64,000 nucleotides of DNA. Origin: Ranitomeya imitator. Taxonomy: Eukaryota. How positions within the stretch are numbered: position 1 is the stretch's first letter; every line of letters begins with the position of its first letter. The stretch lies in assembly GCF_032444005.1 (NCBI RefSeq), contig NC_091291.1:100998001-101062000 (forward strand), read 5' to 3'. Shown here in pieces: positions 13,348-22,589 of the stretch. A model generated the notes under the pieces. The model made no database searches. It saw only the letters and a program-made list of their open reading frames with translations, and was not told the DNA's origin. The position numbers and the translations under genes were made by a program.

Positions 13348-13419
13348 TACTCTAGGATTCTAGGATTAGAAGTTGATTTATGTTTCCAGGCAAGTATCTC
13401 CGGTTTGTCAAGACTTATC

Positions 13420-13760
13420 ATGGTGAAGAGTGAAAGTGTGCTCGGCACAAACCAGTGAGAAGTACCATACACTTGCTAAAGGGAAACCTCCCTTGTGGGT
13501 GTAATGACACCCACATTACACAGACAACTACAGAAGGACAGTAAGATATACTTATACAATGGGAGTTCTGGTTTCCCTGTTCTCCCAGGCAGTTGTGATA
13601 TCTCACACCTGTTTGCCAGGCACAAGTCCAGTCTCATGGACAAGTGCCTATAGCTCAATTAGGACTAATGTCCAAGCTGTGATCAAAAGATACTAAGGTG
13701 TGAAAGTGTGCTGCTGTGATGGGGTCCATTCACACTCGGCTCATCAAAGGACAAGGGGGG
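13420..13760. promoter_or_regulatory. Candidate enhancer block B, diverged paralog of 10555-10970
   Basis: Collinear with block A. Perfect T-box half-sites TCACACCT (about 13603-13610) and AGGTGTGAAA (13696-13705); TCACACT 13730; ATCAAAG 13743-13749; GTGAGAA about 13453. Confidence 0.45.
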
Positions 13761-14354
13761 TGAGCCACCCAAACCTGAAATGTAGAGCAAACTTGGCACT
13801 TGCAAGTTCAATAACTAGATATCTGCAATGGGTGTTTGATCTATTGTTCACATACTGTAAAATTTTACCTTGGGTATACGGAGAAGAATTACATTTTACC
13901 TTTTTATTCTCAAAAATCAGAGACTTATTGGCCCAACTATTCATTGCTGTCATTTACTATTTTAACAATAGCAGCGTAGATAATTCAATAAAAAGGGATT
14001 TTTTTTAACCCAAAGAACTAACAAGTTAATTTTCCAGTTCCTCCACTTAGCCATTTTCAAGATATTCATTAAATATATCTAATGTAATTTACTTGAAATA
14101 TACAGTGCTGTTCTTAAATTTTAGGCAAGTGTAGAAAAATGACTGAGACTGAAACACAGTCATTAGCTGAAACTGAAATAGATGTGTAGGAGGCTTTATG
14201 CTGGACAAGGAACAGGAAAACTGCTATAAAGGTGATATATCCTATGTTATGGTTGTGGAAGACAGTTTTATGTCTCAGCTCATACACCATAGAAAGAATG
14301 AGCACAGCAACAAGACACAAGGTAGTTATAGTGCATCAGCAAGGTCTCCCTGGG

Positions 14355-15016
14355 TAATTTTTTTCAAAAATCAGACTGAGGTTTCAAGATGTGTTGTTCA
14401 AGCTCTCTTGAGGAAATGGGCAAAGTTGAGGACTATAGATGTAGTGGTTGGCCAAGGAAACTGACGTCACGTGCACACATTAAGTATTTAGTGAGTTTTT
14501 TACCTCAGTATTTGTAAGTCACAACCATGTGGAAGAATCAGAGGAAAAGTTTATTAGAAACACGTCCCCACTTCTGTATTTATCACCCACTCCTGGTTTT
14601 GGCTTACAAATACTGAGGTAAAAAACTCACCAAATACTAACCGTGCCAACATGGCCTTAGTGTAACAGAGGAAAGACATGTCCTGCTTACTTCCCTTCAA
14701 AATCAGAAGATGTCCAGCAGTGGCATAAGCTCAGAACTGGCAATAACCAATGGGACCCAGCTACGCTCATCTACTGTTCAGAGAAGTTTGGCCAGAAGTT
14801 GTTCTTCATGGATGATTTGCTGCCAGAAAGCCGTACCTTCCACATGGACAAGGGCCAAGCGACTCAAGTATAAGCAAAAACATAGGAACTCGGGAGTAGA
14901 AAAATGGCAGAAGGTGTTCTAGGCTGATGAGTCAAAATGTGAAATATTTGGCTTTAACAGAACACAGTTTATTCATCAAAGGACTGGAGAGTGGTACAGT
15001 AATGAATGTCTGCAGG
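14355..15016 (+). mobile_element. Degraded Tc1 transposase fragment interrupted by a MITE
   Basis: Remnants EVSRCVVQALLRK...GWPRK, then ...SSTVQRSLAR..., KWQKVF*ADESKCEIFG. Confidence 0.7.
14463..14659. mobile_element. About 200-bp foldback MITE inside the Tc1 relic
   Basis: Inverted arms agtatttagtgagttttttacctcagtatttgtaag / cttacaaatactgaggtaaaaaactcaccaaatact. Confidence 0.7.
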
Positions 15017-15362
15017 AGTTCTGTTGATCCATTGTTTTGGCCCAGTATGATCTTATTTTTACAATCTTAAAAAAGGCCAAATCACAGTGGTCAGAAACAA
15101 TGTAGTACATAGGCGAATAAAGAAACACTTTTTTGGCACTGAGCTTGGACTGGTAATATGAACAAAAAATCATTGTATTAATAATAAAATATTCACTCCT
15201 ATCATTTTGCAATCACGTTTTAATCTGCGTCATTATTTTTAAATGCTTCCTAATGATTTTTCAAATAAATTAAATCATCTGAAGGATGCTCCTCGTGCTT
15301 CATTGTCGCTGCGTAGTGCAAAGCAGCAGATGCACTAAAACCTTTTTTTATGGTGTATTCCT

Positions 15363-15538
15363 TTCCCACACTTTCATGTCTGTCTGCACAATACCAGCTC
15401 CAGATGCTGTCCTGCTCTATCACAGTTTACTGTGACACACGTCCATTGTCCCCGCTGCGGTGGGATTGGAGGATGAGTGTGGGAACCTCTTGTAAGTCCG
15501 CTCTCCACACATCATTATGCAGGGAGAGGGGTATATAG
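15363..15538 (+). promoter_or_regulatory. hes5 copy 1 proximal promoter
   Basis: TTCCCACA 15363-15370; ATTGG 15465-15469; RBPJ TGTGGGAA 15478-15485; degenerate inverted site TCTCCACAC 15502-15510; TATATAG 15532-15538. Confidence 0.8.
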
Positions 15539-15614
15539 AGGGGCGGCCGCTCACTAGTAGTCAGACAGCTCCTGCCCCACACAGCACAAGGCTACAGACT
15601 GCCGGATCTGCACC

Positions 15615-16573
15615 ATGGCCCCATGTAATATGAGGACCCCGGACCATCAGGCTGACAGCGGCCTCAGAAAGGTAAGAGCCCCCGACTAGTGACAGCGTCA
15701 CCCCATATCTCTACATGTAGACACTTATAGGAACAGGAGTCTGATGTTTTACAAGTGATCTTAGTTGTCCTCCATAGACATGGACACTGGCGCAGGGGAA
15801 TAATGAGAGATTCTTCTTTTCTGCAGCTGAGGAAGCCGGTGATTGAGAAGATGAGGAGAGATCGGATTAACAGCAGCATTGAGCAGCTCCGCGTCTTACT
15901 GGAGAAGGAGTTTCAGAGACATCAGCTCCCCTCCAAACCGGAGAAAGCCGATATCCTGGAGATGACGGTCACCTTACTGCAGCGGCACATGGCGGAGAGA
16001 GGTGAGTGTCGTGTCCGCGCTCCTCATGTGTTTCTTAAAGTAGGGTCATACAACTCTTTTCTCCGTATCTGAGAAATATTGTCTGATTATTCTGATCAGA
16101 CTTTGTTGTCATCCAAGTGCGGTGCGATTTTTTTTTCACGGCTACGTAGACTTGCATTCCCAATTTTGTTCAGAACAAAATTGGACATCTCCGATTTTTT
16201 TTCCTGACATGTGCACAGCCCTATAGAATATCATACTTACGAGTCCTCTCCTTGAAAACCACTGATAGCACTCATCTGGAAAAGTCGGTCGTGTTCTCAA
16301 GCCCTGATAGAGAGCAGAGCAGCCGGTGACGGACGCTGTCACTGACATGTTGTCTTTCCAATTCTAGATATCACAGCCTCCAGCCAGGCTCGGAGAGAAG
16401 GCTACTCCACCTGCGTCCAGGACGCCGTCACCTTCTTACCATCCCAGAATCAGCAGGATGGCTCCTTCTGCACTGGATACACTCTGTCATATGAGCTATC
16501 TACCATGAAGACGTCTAAGAAAGCAACTCCATTCACTGGAAACAAGAACAAATCTATGTGGAGACCCTGGTGA
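15615..16573 (+). CDS. hes5: hes5-like bHLH-Orange repressor, copy 1 (exons 15615-15671, 15827-16001, 16368-16573; 145 aa; divergent C-terminus)
   Basis: GT-AG introns of phase 0 and 1. MAPCNM...GLRK|LRKPVIEKMRRDRINSSIEQLRVLLEKEF...SKPEKADILEMTVTLL...|DITASSQARREGYSTCVQDAVTFL...NKSMWRPW-TGA. Confidence 0.93.
16038..16307. mobile_element. About 270-bp MITE-like insertion in intron 2 of copy 1
   Basis: Intron 2 is 366 nt versus 105 nt in copies 2-4. The extra sequence lies between tttctta and gagagcagagc and shares a motif with the repeat at 1-330. Confidence 0.7.
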
Positions 16574-16690
16574 ATAATAACCAAGGCTTTGACCATATCA
16601 TGGACTGGTCTAAGATGGTCACTTCATGGGTGAATAATAACCAAGGCATTGACCATGTCATGAACTGGTGTAAGATGGTCACTTTATGCC
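16571..16690 (+). repeat. 60-bp tandem duplication starting at the copy 1 stop codon
   Basis: tgaataataaccaaggc(t/a)ttgaccat...aagatggtcactt at 16571 and 16631. Confidence 0.9.
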
Positions 16691-19600
16691 TTTATGGTCT
16701 ATTTGACCCCGGACAATCCTTAGTACATGAACCTTTGTGCAGTGATGATGATGTCGATTAGATGTCCACTCTGCAAGTTAAGGGGTGACCTTTAGAAGCC
16801 AAGCCTTTCTTATAGAAAGTCCTGTTTTTCCTTATTTTAGGGAAGTTATATTGAAGTTCCTCCATCAGGGACAAAATGTTAACTGATTATGAGTTGTGTT
16901 ATTTTTATGTATTTTCACATACTCCTATTTCTGTGGAGCCACATAGTGAGTTCCTCCTATCAATGAAAAGTCCTGCCGTATTTTGTACTCAGGTCATGAT
17001 GCACCCGCGATGAGGGTTAGGACCTGATGGACTCTAATGTTATGTTCCTTCTCTTCTGTGAAGATGCTATTGCAGGGTTAACACGGATAATGTGCATTTC
17101 TTAGGGAGACCAATGTCTTGGTCTGTAGCAGTTTGGGGGGTTATTATGTTGGAAAAAGTTTTTTTTAATGTTTTTTTAAAAAAACTTCTGTAATTTCTGT
17201 GAAATGTATCCATTCACAAGCCGAATCAATGTCATTCAATAAGTATGAGATGTCGCTTTGTGTTACATGCAGATGTTTGGATTTGTACTTAATAAATAAA
17301 TCATTATTATTATTACTGAACAGTTTTCATCCATAAATTAATATTAATAAATAATATGGGGCAGAAGTGCTAAAGTAGTTATCCAGAATTAGAAAAATAC
17401 GTTCTCTTCTTTCTAAAAACAGCGCCACATCTGTCTTAAGGTTTTATGTGACATTGCAGCTCATCCCTATTCACTTCAGTGGTGCTGAGCTGCAATACCA
17501 CACATGACCTAAAGACAGGCGGGGGCGCTTTTTGGAAGAAACCGGTCATGTTTTAATCCAGGACAAACCTTGAAAAACAAAACAGTGTAGTAAGTAAAAC
17601 AACACATTTTATTTTGGTAAAGGGGTTAATTATTGGTGGCCAGTCCTTAGTGGAAGCTGTGGTCCCAAAACTTACCTGTTTAGTGGGGGTGCCAGGACTC
17701 AGACCCCCTATAGAGGAAATAATCTGACCTAAGGATAGGCCATCAATATTACAATCCTGGTAATAAATGACATTATAGCAACTGCTATGTCACCTTTCTC
17801 TACATGGCCAATAGTTCTGGGTGCCAAATCTGTAGCAATGTCTGCCTTTCAGGAGCTAGGGAAAGCTGGGTGACAATCCAAGGTAATAGGAAGTTTATTA
17901 GGGACCATTGGGTATTCTTGCAGCTAATTAGTTTATTTAACCGTTTTTTTTTTATCAGAGACAGCTTCTTTAAGAGATTCACAGCAGCTGCTTTTGGCAG
18001 GGGTTAAATGGCGACTTTGGCTGCGACACGGGTTATATGGCCAAAGATCGCCCTAAGCAGGTGAATGGGGTTATATTGTTACTGAGTCAAGCAACTCGCA
18101 AGGGGACAGAACCAGTTGGGTTTTGTACAACTACCTTGTCGCTGTACCCTGAGGACTTACACTGCGTTTTTGCTGCACTTTTGCTGAGTGTTTTTCAAGG
18201 GTAAAAAAATGTTGCATTTTACAGCACTGGTAAAGTGAATGAGATTTTTGAAATTTCACGCACACGCTGTTTATTATTTCCTTGCAAATTTGAACCATCT
18301 AAGGTCAATTCTATCAGCGTTTCTACTACCTTGTTCACAAACTCGAATGAACGGGAAAGAAACACAGGTAAAAAGACATCAAAAACACAAGCAAAACCAT
18401 GTAAAAAAGCACAAGCAAAACCATGTAAAAAAACACAAGTGGAGCGCCCCCAGCCACAGGGCCACGGGTTCTCGGTACCGGGCCTCTCTGGTTCGGTTCT
18501 GAGGCTGTCACGGTGGCTAGACCCGGTCCGCGACCCTGCTAAGGGGCGTCCAATAAAGGTGATGCAGTCTGTCAGGGGTTCGTGACGCCACCTGTGGTGT
18601 TCGGTCAGGGTGACCGACGCTGCTGTGGGGTCCGCTGGGGTGATGGAATGGCAGCTGGATGGTATAACTTCCCACAGGTGAAGTATGTCCCCAGGGCTTC
18701 CCAGTAAGGTGGATGGTGATAGTGTGGGGTGCAGTCAATAACGAGGACACAAAGTTGCAGTCTCTTTACTGAAGACTTCAGGATCCTCAATCCAGAGCAC
18801 GTTTAACAGGGCTATCTGAGACCGGCCGGCCTGATGGGCACTTCCAGAGTTTCCCTCGCAGATGGAAATCGTTGCCCACCACTAGCGCCTGTGTGTTGTA
18901 GTCCTACCCTGCTGAGCATTCGGAATAGTCCTCACAACTGCTGTTCTCGTTCGTTCGTTCTCTACAGCTCTCTCTCTCTCTTTAGTTCCAGATGTTGCTA
19001 GTTTCTCGTCCCCCAGTATGTTTTGGCTAGGACGCACCCGTATGACGGGAAGGCCTGGAGGTCTTCCGGGACCCTAGAGATGCCCCTCTCCCACTGTTGC
19101 CCCCTATGTCTTCTTAGGAAATTTAAGGTAGACAGCCAACCTATAATTAACTGTCCTGCGGAGTTTGAAGTAAGGCCTAAAGTCAGTTACTCCCGCGGTG
19201 TTCCGGCCACTGGCTACGCGCCTCAGTAGGATGTTGCCTCGGTCTCACGGCACTACTCCTACTGGTACTTCTTTTTGCTTGATCTCGTTTACACTGTTCC
19301 ACAATATCCTTCGCTTCTTGTCTCTTTCTTAGGATACCGCCGCAAGGTAGTGCAGGCGCGGTTCCGTAACGTTCTGTTCGCTAGGCACCTGCCAGGTTCC
19401 CACGCCTGACAGGGACCCCCCTGTGTCTTCTCCCTGCAACACCCCCTGCCACGGGATGTTGCCTGAATCCAACCCAGTCAGCTTCTGACTAACTTTCTAT
19501 CCAACCCCTAGTTTTACCAGTGTGAGGAGGGGCCCAATAAATAAAGCCTTTTGCTCCCCCTATTGGCAGGAGTGTGAAGTGTAATGTGTGCTGGTGATAC

Positions 19601-20597
19601 CTGGTCAGAAGAATTCCTTCAGTGCCATCAGACGTACCATCACTCCCCTTAGTGGCAGAGTGTCATACTGCAACGACCAGGTCTCTGGGGCGCTGTACTC
19701 CCCCCCGGTTAAATCCAGTACTCCTGGACTGGGAAGAAGAACAACAATACATAGCAGCAAAAGACATACAAAATTTTTAAAATGCTAAAACAAGTAAATA
19801 GAACAATGCTTCCCTTTATGGGAGGTGAGAACACTTGAATGTTACAAACAAAATTAAATATTTTTAAATAACATGTTGACTATAAATAACTCTCAGTACC
19901 CAGCCGGATATTCTACCAAGTGCAAACTCTGACCAATAAGTTAACTTTTCCTTTAAGGGCGTATAAGCTGAACCCACTAAAGGCTTACTATAAAATACTA
20001 TATAAATATCTCAACTTTTCTTTCTGTTCTAACTTCCCCAATGCAGGACCGCCTAGCTCCTTGGCTGGGCCTACTGTCATTGTGCCGACCATCTTTCTAC
20101 AGTTCTCAGGAGGACTCTCTCTCTAACCCCTACGGGTTCACTTTCAAGCTTTCCTGTCCTCAGTCTCTATCAACATTATCAAACTTTCTAAATTTCAACA
20201 TTATTAACGTTTCAACTTTTATTAAAGCAATCATGTAACCATTCCCTTTAAGAGGGACTCAAGTCTCTAGGAGATGGTGCAGATTCTCTCTCTGTCTGCA
20301 AGTCCACTGAAAGCAAGACCTTCTGTGTCATGTCCAGAAGCATTATCTTCGCAAAGTCTTCTTTCGCTTGTAAAACCAGTAGGGAGCACCTTTAAGAAGG
20401 TGCAAACTATATACAAAGCAGTTTTGGATTCATTCACTGTTCATGATCCGGCAGTCTTTGGAAACAATGATGAACAAACAAACAGAAGAGGTATCCCGGG
20501 TAAACAAAGGGATCCCTAGGAGTTAACCCTGGACGGGTTTAAGGTAGCAGCAAGAAACAGTTAAATAACTTATGTACATTTATCGGGGTTTCGAGGT

Positions 20598-22366
20598 TTA
20601 GTTCTGTGAAGGTTGTGGTCTTACCTCGCAGACCACTCCTCTCCATTGAGCATGGGTGGGACCCACAGTCGCACGCGGGGCCTGGTCAGCCCGGCGATCC
20701 GCAGCGGGGACCTCATCATCCGGGGTCCCAGTTGCGACCTGGAGGACTGCGCACCGTTAAACGCCCCTGGCCGTCCAGCCAGTCCTCCTTGACCATCGGG
20801 TATAAGTTACCACGTCTTCCGGTCTTAGGTCGCGGTCTTCGACCATCCCACAACATGGCTCCACCTCACTCCGATCAACACGGACCTGCAAGGGCTCTCC
20901 AATCTCCTGGATGACCCCCTTCTCCTCCTTGGGGTTATAGAAGACCACCACTCCCCACTGTAACGGTGGGACCTTCTCTTCCTCCGTGAGGTCGACTGTT
21001 GTAAATTCTGTTGTCGGGCTCCCTCCTGTGGTCATGAATGGTACTTCGGCTGGTTCTGTCCATGGACTTCCTCGGGTGGCTGTGGGTGTTTCTGAGTTTC
21101 CTTCCACAGGTGACGAGGTTAATTCGTTAGCTGGCTGCTCTATTTAACTCCACTTAGATCTTTGCTCCATGCCACCTGTCAATGTTCCAGTATTGGTCTA
21201 GTTCACTCCTGGATCGTTCTTGTGACCTGTCTTCCCAGCAGAAGCTAAGTGCCTGCTTGTATTTCTCTGGTTTGCTATTTTTCTGTCCAGCTTGCTATTT
21301 TGATTGTTGTCTTGCTTGCTGGAAGCTCTGGGACGCAGAGGGAGCGCCTCCGCACCGTGAGTCGGTGCGGAGGGTCTTTTTGCGCCCTCTGCGTGGTCTT
21401 TTTGTAGGTTTTTGTGCTGACCGCAAAGCTACCTTTCCTATCCTCAGTCTGTTCAGTAAGTCGGGCCTCACTTTGCTAAATCTATTTCATCTCTGTGTTT
21501 GTATTTTCATCTTTACTCACAGTCATTATATGTGGGGGCTGCCTTTTCCTTTGGGGAATTTCTCTGAGGCAAGGTAGGCTTTATTTTTCTATCTTCAGGG
21601 CTAGCTAGTTCCTTAGGCTGTGCCGAGTTGCATAGGGAGCGTTAGGAGCAATCCACGGCTATTTCTAGTGTGTCTGATAGGATTAGGGATTGCGGTCAGC
21701 AGAGTTCCCACGTCCCAGAGCTCGTACTATATTATCAGTAACTATCAGGTCATTCCGTGTGCTCTTAACCACCAGGTCCATTATTGTCCTGACCACCAGG
21801 TCATAACAGTCGACTACGATCGCGAGTCGAGGCTGCTTCCTCCGGGCCGCCACCAGGCGTCGCTAATGCTCCGTCACTGTCAAGATCTTCAGATCCGACC
21901 CCTGCGGTACACGATCCCCTGGTCGGGTTCGGGGGTCTGCCGCGGCCGTGACGGGTAAAGGAGGAGACATGGGCGACAGGCGAATCTCTGTCGGGTGGCC
22001 CAATCGGGAACTCACACGAGCTTGGGCCTTCAGGCAGCGCGCCAGCTGCCGGGCCGCGGCCATCCCACCGACGAGCATCCATCCTCCGGGTTTTCCCTCC
22101 GGCTGCTCCGCGATGGGAAGTCTCTGCAGCGGTGATGACTCCGAGGTCGCTGCAGGGGGTGCAGGTCTCTGCCTGGCCGTGTTTTCGCCATGCGGTGGCC
22201 TGGAAGTCGCCATCTTTGTCTCCTCCTGTGGGTCTTCTTCCCGGGCTCTTTTCCGAGGGGGGTCCCGTCTCCATTGTCTCCACCCTCCATGGAGAATGAG
22301 AAGGCAGACCTCAGCCGCTGACGGACATGCCCTCAGGATACAGCAATGCTTAGACTGGGCGGCCAT
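20598..22366 (-). pseudogene. Disrupted internal ORF of the LTR element (about 316 codons after removing the nested solo LTR) with a cold-shock-domain-like segment at 20960-20760
   Basis: Frame of ORF 22366-21863 continues past one TAG (RRLVAARRKQPRLAIV), across the GTCGAC TSD into VDLTEEEK...GVVVFYNPKEEKGVI...GWTARGV, then past a TAA for 52 more codons to the stop at 20600-20598. Confidence 0.7.
20997..21808. mobile_element. Nested solo LTR, 812 bp
   Basis: Termini TGTTGTAA...TCATAACA; 6-bp TSD GTCGAC at 20991-20996 and 21809-21814. Confidence 0.88.
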
Positions 22367-22571
22367 TATCTTTCGCGCTCTTCAGCTCGCTCGCGCCCAC
22401 TTCCACGCCCTTCTTCTTCTCCTGCGCTCCTCGTGGCGCTATAATGGCAGCAGCTTTGGCGGGAATCTTGCGGCAGATAGCAATACACAGTCTTTGCAAT
22501 AAATCACAGTCCAACACGTTTCAATCACAATTCCAAGGCACACATGACCCAATTCTTCAGGCTTAAGTACG

Positions 22572-22589
22572 ATCCTGTTCGTGACGCCA
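22572..22589 (-). other. Primer-binding site TGGCGTCACGAACAGGAT
   Basis: 18 nt beginning TGG, 3 nt from the 5' LTR end. From memory it is complementary to the 3' end of a vertebrate tRNA-Ser(CGA) (...ATCCTGTTCGTGACG-CCA); not database-checked. Confidence 0.8.

Noticed and set aside
15755-16072. ORF-track starts MILVVLHRHG... for hes5 (also 42854, 48784, 63098)
   Set aside because: These read through intron 1 and into intron 2. The real start is the upstream ATG in exon 1, supported by TATA position and GT-AG sites.
21948-22502. Plus-strand GC-rich ORFs inside the LTR element
   Set aside because: Antisense shadows of the GC-rich minus-strand ORF; PBS and PPT fix the element as minus-strand.
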